A stretch of DNA of 64,000 nt from Macrostomum lignano (Eukaryota), in assembly GCA_002269645.1 (NCBI GenBank), contig NIVC01000647.1, positions 186,001 through 250,000 on the forward strand, in the 5' to 3' direction. Numbering within the stretch: position 1 is the stretch's first letter; each line of letters opens with the position of its first letter. The notes under the pieces were generated by a model that searched no databases, had not been told where the DNA came from, and worked only from the letters and a program-made list of their open reading frames with translations. Positions 41,421 to 54,299 of the stretch are shown piece by piece. A program made the position numbers and the translations under genes.

Positions 41421-42332
41421 TGATAGATTTTTCAGACTATTTTTACTCGAGATTGAACTTTTATGTTAAGGCTCGAAAGCACAGAAAGACGAATTGTAAC
41501 GTTCGCTGAGAAAATATCAATATTTTCAATTCGGAGAGATATTTGAAACTGCAAAATTAACCACGTTTGACTTTTATTTTCTTTGAAGGATCACTCTACT
41601 ATGCCAGTGTGGCATGAAAATTCACAGCATAAAAATAAATACTATACAGAGCTTCCCTATTTGCGCCTTGCAGTTAGGTGGTATATGATCGAGTGTGTCA
41701 ACAAAATGTGAACAAGTTGTTTAGAAGTGCGTGTTGGCGCGAATGTAGTAGCACATGCAGGCATGGCCACATGAAAGCACTTTGCAGTTGCGGCCTCTTC
41801 AGGAACCACGTATCGAATTTCAAGCCTTTTGGGCGCAATTTTTCACTTGGTGGTCAATTGTCCAATAATCTGGTTTTTATTGTTGATAAATCGAGGTTTT
41901 ATCATACATATACCATCTATCAAGCAAAATGAGGATGGATCAGACATTTGACATGAGGATAAAATTGCAGCAGATCCAGATCGAATGTTGTCAAATCATG
42001 TTCTAACAATAATATTACAGTTGTGTATAGCGGACCAGTTTTCTATTTTGAAAACATGCTGCCAAATGAAAATTTTACACGTGGTAACCTGATAAACAAA
42101 TTGTATTAGCAAATATTTTAGCAAAAGAAAAAACTATCATTCTTGCAGTAAAACAAATGTAAAATTGTAGAAGAAAAATTATAATTAGTATAAAAGTGAG
42201 AAGTATTGCACAAAATAGTATGATTCGAATCTGATTTTCTACGTTGCCATTTTTTAAAATTTAATATCCCTTATCAGGCATCGATCACTCTTGCACATAG
42301 GATTTTGATATCCGAAATTCTTAATATTAAAT

Positions 42333-45300
42333 ATGAGAGTTTCCTTCTTTGCCATCGTTTTTTTGGTATGTATGCCTTTGGCACTATGCACCACTAAAAG
42401 AACTCTTGTGCTTCTAGAGAATCTTTCGTTCCGTGAATCTTTCTCTCAATATTTCAAGTTGCTCCGAGGTAAGCTTTTATTTTTGAAAGTATATCGACAA
42501 AGTTTAATCGAAATGAGTGTTAGATTTTTCTTTTTTGTCAGTCAAACATACTGATTATATCTTCTGAAGAGTTAGGCCTATGAGAACTAATGGAATGTTT
42601 TTACATGTAATTTTGCTTGCAGCCAAAATAGGCCTGTTAGGCATAATAATTGAAATTGGCTCTAAAATAAATCAACAGGCTTGCCTATCATGCCTATGAA
42701 GAAAAATTGAAGTTGAAGTTGAAGTTAGGCTCTGTTTATCCCAGGCATAAATAAATACTTTCAGTCAGTGGTGGATCTAGAGTTTCATTTGAGGGGGGGC
42801 AGTCAAGTTTGGGGCGCCAACATGAGTATAAGGGGATGGGGTGCCAATTTTGAAGCTAGGGGGGCGCAAAAAATGCATGTAGGGGGGGGCAAAAAATGGG
42901 GCACAAAAAGGCATTTAGAGGCAAAAAATCAAGTTTAGGAGGTGCAAATTTAGGTTTTTGGGGGGCACAATATATTTTGGGAGGGAGGCAGCCATCCCTA
43001 CCCCCCTAAATCTGCCATGTAATAATAGGTCACTTGTCATCTAATATAAGAAGTTGCCAAAGCACTTCTCTGGTCTAGGTAGAATCAGCATAAGAGAAAC
43101 TAATTGTCATACATTAGAAGTAGGCCTAGTCTTTTGTATTCTTTCGATTTCTTAGAGAAATCCTTTATTTTTAGATTTTTTAGAATATCTTTTTTATATT
43201 AATGGCAATTATAATTGGTTATATTAGATATATTCGATAATTATAACTCTTTTTTCTTAGAATATTAATTATAGAGTTGCATTAAAACAAATAGAACAAC
43301 GACTAGTCACATGATCAATGTCCAATAAAAATTTGGCATTATATAGCTTTGTGACAATAGTTGCTCTAATGCACTGAGGTATATGCCTCCTTAACAATCT
43401 AGCCTTCTTCAAACTAGTTTGTATTAGTGATACCAGTGTGTGACAAGGATTATCTAGTGAGTACCAATAAGTGTTTTGCCTATAAACCATTTTGGCCATG
43501 GACATTTTGCCTCCAAACCATTTTGCCCATAAAGGGTTTCAGTCATGGACTATTTCTAAACTTTACAGTTTTAAACTTTGTGTTTTGATTCTCAATTTTG
43601 GTGACAAATCTTATTATTTTAGTATTTCTAGCTTTACTTTGCTTGTAACTAAAACCTTTTCTCACCCTCTGATTGTTCAATTTGGCTTTAATTGCTGCAC
43701 TTTCAAAAGGAATGACTTTTTAAAAAAACTCAATAATTCACAATTGTAATAAACAATATTATAATACACACAATTGTTGTAGCAACAATTCAGATAATAT
43801 TTTATTACATTTTAAAACAAAAAATTAGCATGAAAAAAGAAAATAAAGACATATATGGCTGTATCTCTAAATTATATAATTACCATTTTAACCAAAATGC
43901 CTATAGCCAAACTGGTTTATGGATAAAACAGATTTTTTGCAAAATGGTCTAGGGGCAAAATATCCATGGCTAAAATGGTTTGGGTGGGAGTGAAACAACC
44001 AGAATTTGCCGCAACCACTGATTCTTTGCATTGTTTTTCTATTTGAGTATCCTACAAACAAAGCATTATTTGTAGTAATGTATTATTCTGTATAAAATGT
44101 GCAAACAAAAATTGTCAAATTGCTAAACAATGCTATAGTCTAAAACAACTTATAGTATTTTTTATATGCTATATTTTTATATTTATTTATAAAGACGTAA
44201 ACTATTTGTGTTCTACCACCAACTATTGATATAGTTATAGCTTGGAAAGCAGTTTTATAGGCATATTTGTAATTTTTATAGGTATACATTTTATCATATA
44301 GTTATAATACTATAGCCATATTCATAATTATAGCTAAATAAAAAATTCTTTGTTGATAATATTATTAAATAATTTTTCCATTCATTATTTTAATCTATTA
44401 TACTTTGTTGGCTTGTCATTGATCTATGCTGCTATAAAAATAGATTTGTTATAGTACCTATATACTTTGGGTGTCTGGATAATCATGCAACTTGGTAAAT
44501 AGCACAGAAACTAGTGATTCACTGATAGCAAAACTGCACCAGTCTGTAACATAGCATCCCCCAGTACCAATGACAGCGTGGCAGTATTCCAGAAGACTAT
44601 GACATTTGGCGGTGAAGGCATTTTTGTCTAGGCTCTTCACTCAGTGCAACGCAGTGGCCTCAACCTTGGAATGGTCAGCAATCTATCTGTGGCACAGGTT
44701 GTTCTTCATCAGCTAAATAGGAAGCAATTGCACAAGTTGAGGTCTGGACTATATGGACTTTGAAACAGTATTCAGATGCTAGTCTTTTCAAAGTAGTCCC
44801 ATACAGTCCTGCTTGCATGTAGTCGGGCATTGTCCCACTGCCACAGAACTTTGTTTAGGTGAATTAGCTTCAAACACAAGCAGCACCACAAATCAGGCTC
44901 AGTTTGTTTCATAAACTGGATGATGCAGATGCATTCACTATTAACTGTCTTGTGTGGGGCTGTGGCAGAGATGGAAAATTGCTTGTTCAGAGTGAATGCC
45001 ACAAGTAGCGTTGTTTTGCAAATGCTGACATCCGTAGGAGGATCTTGGAATTGCTTGTACCAACAGAAGATTGTTGCTTTGTTGGGTGCATCCTCCCCAT
45101 GCGCAGCAAGTTCTGGGTGACAGTCAGCAGTAATGATCTTCAGTTTAAAGTGAGTCAATGTGTAGAATTATAACTATCCATTGCTGCCAGCAAAGCTTAG
45201 AAAAAAATTATACACTGGGGTGGAGGCACTGGGGTGGAGGCTTACTCAAAAATTTATGCCAATGCTGCTTCTAATGCATGTCTATGGCTGAAATTGCATA

Positions 45301-48300
45301 GTCTGGCAGCTGATGTTTTGAACTGTTATATGTTGCAGCATGCTTGGGTGCAACCTAGGGATTCACCTGGCTGTTTCTATTGGCAACACACACATAAGTT
45401 GCTATTGGACAGAATAGTAGTCATGTGACAAACATGTGAATTGCATGTGACTGCTCTCAGCCAATAGTGACTTACATGTGTGTTGCCAATAGAAATGGCC
45501 AAGTGAATCCCTAGGTTGCGCATGTATGTGCTGCAGCAGCCATTTTGGATTCCAATTGCTTTTCGAGATATATCTTGAGTCACATGATTACCCAGATGCC
45601 CAAAGTATTTTACACTTTACTTATAGTTCAAAGTTTAAAAGCTATAGAAACCTATAATTGTAGTAGGGTACTTTCTTTAATAATAATATCCCCACTACTG
45701 TCACCAGCTGTTGTAGGGATTTTCTAACTCCTATTTTCTAGTTTCTCAAAGCTGCCACCAAAAGCTGTCAAATTTCTATATTCTCTTAGTTAATGTACTT
45801 TTGCATGTACTTTATTTATGGGTAGCGTGAATAGTTCTATTCTTATATTGGTAGCATCTATCTATCTATTGGTAGTGGTTGTACATTCACTGTACTCTTT
45901 GGCCTGAGTGGTCTAATGACACTGTCTATTCCTACTATCTCTCAGTCCTAGGCATTCCCGGGATCAGAGGGTCATAGCCTTATGCAGTTTTCCCTGCCCT
46001 GAGGCAACTTCTCTTGCCTTGAGGCGGCTTTATACACTCTATAGGGTTACTGCCCTGAGGCAATTCTTGCTCCTTAGTGGTTTTCTAATTCCCAATAAGG
46101 GGCTTAATACTCTAGAAAATGAATAAGTCAATTTGAACAACTGTTTTTAAAGATTTAGTAAAGACTTATTAAACTTTGCTTGCAATTAGAAGCTCACGGC
46201 GAGTTGCTTTGCTTGGCCTGCTCGTGGCTTCTATTTATACTAAGATTTCTCACCATTTAAAACAAAAACTAATTTGTGAGAATATTTTTTTAAATCACAA
46301 CAATTAAACAAAAATTAATGTTTTAGCATGAATTTGAAAAAATGGTTTTCCAAGAAACATAGTATGCAACATGAGTAATTTTACAACATTTATACAGTAT
46401 TATTAATGGCCCTTACTCATTATAAAAATTTAAGAATTAATCTTTGGACTAAAGTATGCAGCCTTTAGATGTGCCATGCAAGAGCAATAGCTAAGTTGTT
46501 GATTGTATGTCTGCCTATTGGAACAAGTATAATTAGTTATTGTTATTATTTGTTTTTGTTATTATTCCTACTGGCTTTATTTCAGTAAGTAGAAAAAGGC
46601 TTATTAGAATTTAATATAGACTTACTCATTTTAGAGAAAAAATCAACCTATTTAAGCTAAAAAACGATTCTTTCCTTGCATTGGTGCATTCATAACATTG
46701 AAACAAAAATTTCTAATATCATCCTTTTATTAAAGCCTTTATTATTTAAAAGATCTAGAAATAATCATTACACTTACATATTAGTTTATTTAACATTTCT
46801 AATTGTAGATAATGGCTTTGAGCTGTCATTCCGGACTGCTGATGACTCTACCCTTACTTTGACTAAATATGGCGAGTTTCTCTATGACAACTTGATCATC
46901 TTTGCCCCTTCTATTCGAGGTAATTTATTGTTTTGCACTCTGAAATTAGTCAATTTTATATTGTTTATGCAATTTTTCTCTGAATATCATTGTTAAAGTC
47001 TGAATATCATTGTCATCTAGAGGTCACCCAAGCTAGCAGATCTCATCTAGAGGTCACCCAAGCTAGCAGATCTCATCTAGAGGTCACCCAAGCTAGCAGA
47101 TCTCCTCTAGAGGTCACCCAAGCTAGCAGATCTCATCTAGAGGTCACCCAAGCTAGCAGATCTCATCTAGAGGTCACCCAAGCTAGCAGATCTCATCTAG
47201 AGGTCACCCAAGCTAGCAGATCTCATCTAGAGGTCACCCAAGCTAGCAGATCTCATCTAGAGGTCACCCAAGCTTGCAGATCTCATCTAGAGGTCACCCC
47301 AGACAGCAGCTCACCAACATGCTCCCACCACGCCCCACAATGGCAGAGTTCGGCGGCAAGCTGAACACTCCCGCCATCACCGACTTCGTTGACAACGGCG
47401 GCAACCTACTAGTGGCTGGCAGCTCCAGCATCGGCGAGGCCGTGCGCGAACTCGCGGCCGAATGCGGAGTCGAATACGACGAAGAGAAAACCGCCCTGAT
47501 CGACCATCTGCGCTACGACGCCAAGGACACTGGCCGGCACACTCTGGTCATCGCGGACAAGCGCAACCTGCTGGACGCTCCCATCATTATCGGGGACAAT
47601 GCCAAGGCCAGCTTAAAGCCGCTGCTCTATCGCGGAGTTGCCATGACAGCCGATTCCGCTAATCCCCTAGTGCTGCCTATTCTGCACGCCGACAGCACCG
47701 CCTACAGTTTCAATCCCGAGCGATCGATTGACGATTATCCCAATGCTGTTGGCCAGGCCGCTCTGCTCATTGCCGGCCTGCAGGCTCGCAACAATGCCCG
47801 GGCCGTTTTTGTTGGCTCGCTGGAATTCTTCTCCGACGAATTCTTCGGAGCTGCCGTGGAGCCCGCCGACGCCGCCGCTTCTGGTATTGCCACTTCCGAG
47901 GTTTGTAGTCCTGCCTTTTTTATGGGTCTACCTGACTGCCTGCCCTTTATCTAAGCTACCTAACTCAGATTTTCTCCCGTTGACCAGGCCCTCTCTACCT
48001 TCTGGATCCGCTCTCTACCTTCTGGATCCGCTCTCTACCTCCAGATCTGCTCTCTACCTCCAGATCTGCTCTCTACCTCCAGATCTGCTCTCTACCTTCT
48101 GAATCCGCTCTCTACCTTCTAGATCCGCTCTCTACCTTCTGAATCCGCTCTCTACCCTCTAGATCCACTTTCTACCTCCAGCTCCAGATCCGCTCTCTAC
48201 CCTCTAGATCCGCTCTCTACTCTCCAAATCCAGAAATCCTCTCTCTACCCCCAGATTCTCTTTCTACCCTCCAGATCCTCTCTCTACCTCCAGGTCTACT

Positions 48301-50100
48301 CTCTAACCTCCAGATCCGCTCTATTTTCTGGATCCGCTCTCTACCCTCTAGATCCGCTATATTTTCTGAATCCGCTCTCTACCCACTAGATTCGCTCTCT
48401 CCCCTCTACACTCCAGATGCTCTCCCCAACCCTCTCGAACTGCTCTCTCCAGATGCGTTCCCTTACTCCCGGATCCGCTCCAAACCTTGTAGATCCGCTC
48501 TCTACCATAGAAATAAACTCTTTCCCTGTCTAGATCCCCTCTTCCCTTACTCCCCATTTATATACCCACTCTCTAAGCCAACCTGTCTGTCTGTTAATCT
48601 GCTCCTCAAACTAGCTGTAAAAATCCTCAAACAATCGCATTTCGCAGGTGAGCGGCAACCGGGACCTGGCCCTGTCCCTGTCCCAGTGGGTGTTCAAACA
48701 GCGCGGCGTACTTCGCTTCCGTGACGTCAAGCACAGCCTGGCCGGTGAATCTGCCCCGCCAGAGTTTTACACCGTCAAGGATCGCGTGCAGTACTCCATC
48801 ACTATTGACATCTACAAGCCCGAGACCGGCCGTTGGGAGCCTTTCAAGGTGACTGCTTTGTTTTCCCATTTAATATGCGTGCTTCTCAGGGTAAGGGGGC
48901 GCTGCAGACTGAAGCTCTGAAGAACCGGAGGGTCTCGGGGCTTGTGGCAGCCTCACCTGAAGATCCGGATGGTCTCAAGGCTTGTGGCAGCCTCACCTGA
49001 AGAGTCAGAGGGTCTCAGGGCTTGTGGCAGCCTCACCTGAAGATCCGGATGGTCTCAGGGCTTGTGGCAGCCTCACCTGAAGATCCGGATGGTCTCAGGG
49101 CTTGTGGCAGCCTCACCTGAAGAGTCAGAGGGTCTCAGGGCTTGTGGCAGCCTCACCTGAAGAACCGGATGGTCTCAGGGCTTGTGGCAGCCTCACCTGA
49201 AGATCCGGATGGTCTCAGGGCTTGTGGCAGCCTCACCTGAAGATCCGGAGGGTCTCAAGGCTTGTGGCAGCCTCACCTGAAAATCCGGATGGTCTCAGGG
49301 CTTGTGGCAGCCTCACCTGAAGAGTCAGAGGGTCTCAGGGCTTGTGGCAGCCTCACCTGAAGAACCGGAGGGTCTCAGAGCTTGTGGCAGCCTCACCTGA
49401 AGAACCGGAGGGTCTCAGGGCTTGTGGCAGCCTCACCTGAAGAACCGGAGGGTCTCAGGGCTTGTGGCAGCCTCACCTGAAGAACCGGAGGGTCTCAGGG
49501 CTTGTGGCAGCCTCACCTGAAGAACCGGAGGGTCTCAGGGCTTGTGGCAGCCTCACCTGAAGAACCGGAGGGTCTCAGGGCTTGTGGCAGCCTCACCTGA
49601 AGAGTCGGAGGTTCTGAAGGATTGCGGCATGAAAATGCCCGAAGAAGCCTTGAAAAGCCCAGAAGCCCTGCTGTGTGTGAGAGTCTGAGAAAAGGTTGCG
49701 GTTCCCCAGTGTCAGCATAAACAGTATATTTAAACCCAATAGCAACTGTTTCAAACTGCAGGGCTCGGACGTGCAGCTAGAGTTCGTCCGCATCGACCCG
49801 TTCGTTCGCACCAATCTTCGCTCTGACGGTAAAGGCGCATTCCGAGCCGAGTTCCAACTGCCAGACGTGTACGGAGTCTACCAGTTCAAGGTGGACTACA
49901 CTAGGGTAGGCCTGACTGGACTGCACAGCTCTACGCTGGTGTCCGTGAGACCTCTGCGTCACACCCAGTACGACCGGTTCATTGTGGCCGCCTATCCCTA
50001 CTATGTATCCGCCTTCAGCATGATGGCTGGCCTGTTCCTGTTCTCGTTCGTGTTTCTCTACCATCGAGACGAAGCTGCCGAGCATAAGAAGAAGGAGTGA
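42333..50100 (+). CDS. DDOST: Oligosaccharyltransferase 48-kDa subunit (OST48/WBP1), 446 aa
   Basis: Exons 42333-42468, 46809-46919, 47347-47900, 48648-48848, 49762-50100 (1341 nt, phases consistent). Signal peptide, [70 protein letters not shown] segment and C-terminal KKKE. Confidence 0.96.
42766..43019. mobile_element. Decayed GC-rich MITE (CAGTGG..GATCTAG-type TIR) in DDOST intron 1
   Basis: CAGTGGTGGATCTAG versus reverse complement CATGGCAGATTTAG; internal GGGGCGC motifs. Confidence 0.5.
43484..43981. mobile_element. TIR-bounded element in DDOST intron 1
   Basis: About 30-bp IR AAACCATTTT(G/A)GCCATGGA(C/T)ATTTTGCC plus subterminal AAACCATTTT repeats. Confidence 0.6.
44541..45158 (-). 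mobile_element. Degraded, internally deleted mariner transposase relic
   Basis: HTH-like [38 protein letters not shown] (HDNARPH), PYSPDLN at 44736-44756, C-terminal GGCYV; stops and frameshifts present. Confidence 0.78.
47014..47297. repeat. 30-bp minisatellite TCTAGAGGTCACCCAAGCTAGCAGATCTCA (DDOST intron 2)
   Basis: Direct reading, about 9 copies. Confidence 0.95.
47985..48560. repeat. Degenerate about 19-bp CT-rich minisatellite GATCCGCTCTCTACCTTCT (DDOST intron 3)
   Basis: Direct reading. Confidence 0.85.
48916..49608. repeat. 40-bp minisatellite CTGAAGAACCGGAGGGTCTCAGGGCTTGTGGCAGCCTCAC (DDOST intron 4)
   Basis: Direct reading, about 17 copies. Confidence 0.96.
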
Positions 50101-50212
50101 CCGACTGGCTTCACTGTTTTCAATAGTTTATACACTGGTTATCGTATAGTTGAGAGTTTAGTTTGAATAATTTTTGGGGGCCTTGTTTTTGTTAATCTGT
50201 GCGAATCCCCAC

Positions 50213-50652
50213 ATTCCTGGGATAGAAATCCCCAGTTTCCCATAAATAGAAATCCCCAGTTCGCGGGAATAGAAATCCCCAATTCAGAGGAATAGAAAAC
50301 CCCAATTCAGAGGAATAGAAAACCCCAATTCACAGGAATAGAAAACCCCAATTCACAATAATAGAAATCCCCAGTTCACAATAATAGAAATCCCCAATTC
50401 ACAATAATAGAAATCCCCAACTCACAATAATAGAAATCCCCAATTCACAATAATAGAAATCCCCAACTCACAATAATAGAAATCCCCAATTCACAATAAT
50501 AGAAATCCCCAGTTCACGGGAATAGAAATCCCCAGTTCACGGGAATAGAAATCCCCAATTCACAATAATAGAAATCCCCAACTCACAATAATAGAAATCC
50601 CCAATTCACAATAATAGAAATCCCCAGTTCACGGGAATAGAAATCCCCAGAT
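50213..50652. repeat. 23-24-bp minisatellite AATAGAAATCCCCAATTCACAAT downstream of the DDOST stop
   Basis: Direct reading. Confidence 0.93.
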
Positions 50653-51448
50653 CCCATTGTGTATCCATGCATAGTTTTATAAATAAATTAACAAAACCAT
50701 TTTTTTCTAAATTAAATTTTCAATTCTTTTCTTATAACACATTAGAACGGATAAAGTACAGCAGTAATAAATTATTCTTTATGCATAGTCATTGCCAAAT
50801 TAGCCGTAGTAATATATCTACTATACCTGTGTCTCTTGCTTTTGTTTTCTTTTACTGTATTATTTAACCATTGTTCCTCTCTGATTCAGTGTCTACGAGT
50901 AATACGCAATTGACTACTGTCAGTAATCTGATATACCGTAAAGTGGTTCTCTGTTAGTGGTTAGTTTTATTATTAAATCAAATTTATAGTAAATTTAGGT
51001 AAATTAGTTCAGTACATTGTCTGCTTTTTATAAAGCTTTATTGCATATTTATAGTTACAGTTCGGTTCGGAACAAATTAAAAGTAACAAATTGGCAATAA
51101 CAATAAAATTAATGATACTTTGTTGTTTTTGTTTTAATAATAACATCTTTAAGCTAGGCAACTGTTGTTGTGGATTTGTCTTTGATTTATTGATTATTTT
51201 GCAATCCATAATGTCAACTGTACAGGTATTCGGCTCACTATATTCAGAAGCATTTAACGGGCGCACTGGCAAGCAGAATGTGAATTGAAAATAAACAAAG
51301 ATAGTTAAATAATTAAAGCGTTAAATGGATAATTATGAGATTTATGTCCATCCAGGTAACTGCAGACTATATGATTGACATTTTCAAAGGCAGTCCCCAG
51401 ACTATCAGCGAGTGTGTTAAAACCCCATTTGAGGCAATTTGCATTCTA

Positions 51449-52254
51449 CTGTGGCGTGCGTGTGGAACAACCTAAAACTTATGGAAACAAGTGTGCTGTG
51501 TGGCCATGTCGATGGTCGGGAGCTCAGCTCTTGCCCGCGGCATCGTCCACACGGGGACAGGGACGCCCACCAACGGGACAGGGGGCACCCACCAAGAGAC
51601 AGGGGGGCACGCATCAAGAGACAGGGGGCACGCATCAAGAGACAGGGGGCACGCATCAAGAGACAGGGGGGCACCCACCAAGAGACAAGGGGGCACCCAC
51701 CAAGAGACAAGGGGGCACCCACCAAGAGACAGGGGGGGCACCCACTAAGAGACAAGGGGGCACGCATCAAGAAACAAGGGGGCACCCACCAAGAGACAAG
51801 GGGGCACCCACCAAGAGACAGGGGGGGCACCCACTAAGAGACAGGGGGCACGCATCAAGAAACAAGGGGGCACCCACTAAGAGACAGGGGGCACGCATCA
51901 AGAAACAAGGGGGCACCCACCAAGAGACAAGGGGGCACCCACCAAGAGACAGGGGGGGCACCCACTAAGAGACAGGGGGCACGCATCAAGAAACAAGGGG
52001 GCACCCACCAAGAGACAAGGGGGCACCCACCAAGAGACAAGGGGGCACCCACCAAGAGACAAGGGGGCACCCACCAAGAGACAAGGGGGCACCCACCAAG
52101 AGACAAGGGGGCACCCACCAAGAGACAAGGGGGCACCCACCAAGAGACAAAAGGGGCACCCACCAAGAGACAAAAGGGGCACCCACCAAGAGACCACATA
52201 TTGGCGCCCCCAGGGTTGCGGCCCCTCCAATTAAAATTCCTACGTACGCCACTG
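51449..52254. mobile_element. MITE-like element with an internal 20-22-bp minisatellite (51560-52195)
   Basis: TIR-like CTGTGGCGTGCGTGTGGAA / CAGTGGCGTACGTAGGAA; internal GGGGGCACCCACCAAGAGACAA repeats, same family as 15227-15662. Confidence 0.6.
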
Positions 52255-52968
52255 CATGCATTATGCAAAAATTAGAACTCTGTACTTTGCTGGTGTCCGG
52301 CACCCATTATTATTTTGATATATTAAAGAGTTGAATTTTAAATCCGACTAGCATACGAGCCATGGGAAATTCAAAACGATGAATTGAGAAATTACCAATT
52401 CACCGCTTCGGGATCCGTTTTATAAGAGCAACATTGAGCTTTCAAATTAATTCCAGAAATTTTGAAGGACTGGATGGATGACATGAGATTGGCTGGTAGA
52501 TGAGCATTTGACGGCAATGAAATATTTGTGTCGGTGAGATTGACAACTTTATAAAGCATTTCGATCATACATTCCTTATCTATCCCGGCCCGTGTACTTT
52601 ATAAAATGTACGAAAATGTCTGCAAGCGATGCTGGTGCTTCTTGAAATGCACCGGCACATGTCCCTAGCTAGCTATAGCTTTTGTCATTCCGCAATGCGT
52701 TTTTTGGCTCGAGCTAGTCGAGTTTTACCATAGACATGCTTCTTAAGGCCATGCTATCTCAGCCTGGGACATGCAATCTCAGCCAATATAGATTTCAATT
52801 GCAAACAGATCTCAATGCTATCATTTCTGTAACGTGACATGAAATGGCAACAAACAGCAGATAGCAAACAGAGATGGGCTGGCTGAGTTTGGATGTCTCT
52901 AGGCTGAGATAGCATGACAAATACTATACTAGCTCTTACTGCCTGTGTTCTTGGTCCCGACTGCATCA

Positions 52969-53694
52969 TCACAGCGCCTGACATCCGCTGCTTGTATCCG
53001 TTCCTCCGCCGCCGGTTCTAGATGAGGGCGTTGGCGGTGGCGGTGGCTGCCGCAGTGCCGCAGCCGCGGTGACCCTCAGCAGGTGCCGCAGTCCGCGCCC
53101 TGTCCTCGCCGACGTCTCCACGTAGGCGACCGCGCCCACTCGCTCGGCAATCTCGGCGCCTCTGGCCGAGTCCAATGGGCGTCGGTGTTCACCCCGGCGC
53201 CGCAGCTTCAGCAGGGCGTCCGGGTTGGTGCGCTGGTCGGACATGGTGCCCACCAGCACCAGCGGGGCGCCGAGTTCGCGCGACGCATTCAGGAGCTCCG
53301 GCATCCAGACGGTCTCAAGCCGGTGCAGGCTGTCCGGTCGCATCACGGAGAAGCAGAGCCACAGAGCATCGGCCCCGCTGTACGAGCCCGCTCGGATGCG
53401 GTCGTGATTCTCCTGGCCGCTGGTGTCGACCAGGTGGATATCCACTGGTGGCCCGTCGACACTCAACAATCCGTCGGTCTCTCTGGGAGCCAGCGGCGGC
53501 ACCGGGATGACGAAATTGTCGCAGCAGACTGGCGAGGCGGTGGATTCCGCAGACTCGGCGGCAGCGATGCTTGGACCGTCTCTCAGGCTGATTAACAGCG
53601 ACGCCTTGCAGGAATCGACGTCTCCGAAAGCAACGCATTTCACACGAAGCGGCGGAGGCGGCGGCGGCGGAGGCAGCGGCTTGTCCTTGAACAT
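52969..53694 (-). CDS. Atypical Rho-family small GTPase, intronless, 241 aa
   Basis: KCVAFGDVDSCKASLL (G1, degenerate), VCCDNF (switch I-like), LVDTSGQENHDRIRAGSYSGAD (G3), LCFSV, WMPEL, PLVLVGTMSD (G4), AYVETSA (G5), CAAX-like CQAL, N-terminal poly-Pro. Confidence 0.85.
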   Translation of the reverse strand: MFKDKPLPPPPPPPPLRVKCVAFGDVDSCKASLLISLRDGPSIAAAESAESTASPVCCDNFVIPVPPLAPRETDGLLSVDGPPVDIHLVDTSGQENHDRIRAGSYSGADALWLCFSVMRPDSLHRLETVWMPELLNASRELGAPLVLVGTMSDQRTNPDALLKLRRRGEHRRPLDSARGAEIAERVGAVAYVETSARTGRGLRHLLRVTAAAALRQPPPPPTPSSRTGGGGTDTSSGCQAL

Positions 53695-54299
53695 TTTTGA
53701 ATAGTTTGCGTTTGCTGCACTGCGGCTAAACTATTCTGAAGATCCTGTAAATGTTCCTTATTGAATACTGTATAGGATTAGATTCTACTTCGATAAGGGA
53801 AGCCTATGAAAAAAACGCTCGAATGTTCGCGTGCGTCCAGTGGGGGGGGGCTGGAATTCGTTAAATAGCAGCTGGCTCGCTCTGGCTGGTCAGGCAGGGA
53901 AGTTAAGAGGTTACAGAAGAGGGGAAGCGGAACTAGAGAGAGAGAAGCTATAGATAGAGTGCTGTGCAATTCCAGCCCTTTCAACTCCGGTCTGTAGGGA
54001 ATTCGATGCTTCTGCTGGTGTGGGTGGTTGGCATTGTATTGGCGCAAAAAATCCATGAGGCAGCGCGCATAGCTGGACGATGTACGAATATGGGTGATTA
54101 ATTACGTATTCTGTACTGTTTTTAGGAGTTAAAAAATTATTGCTGTCAAAAACAGGCGGTTAGGCACTTATGGTGAAGACGATTTTTTTAGCCAGAAGTG
54201 AAGTGTCGCCACAAATACTCGTAACAGACAATTCATACATCAATAAAGAGCATCAGTGGCTGGAGCCACTGGCTGGATGGAGCTGATAAGTAGAAAATC

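Noticed and set aside
48641-48653. CAG|GTGAGC recursive-splice-like junction at DDOST exon 4
   Set aside because: The exon encodes conserved OST48 sequence (VSGNRDL) and the intron is short; AG|GT exon starts are common here.
50935-51050. Spliced-leader RNA gene (CCGTAAAG and TTTATTGCAT fragments)
   Set aside because: Fragments are short and far apart, with no AUG|GT donor or Sm site arrangement.
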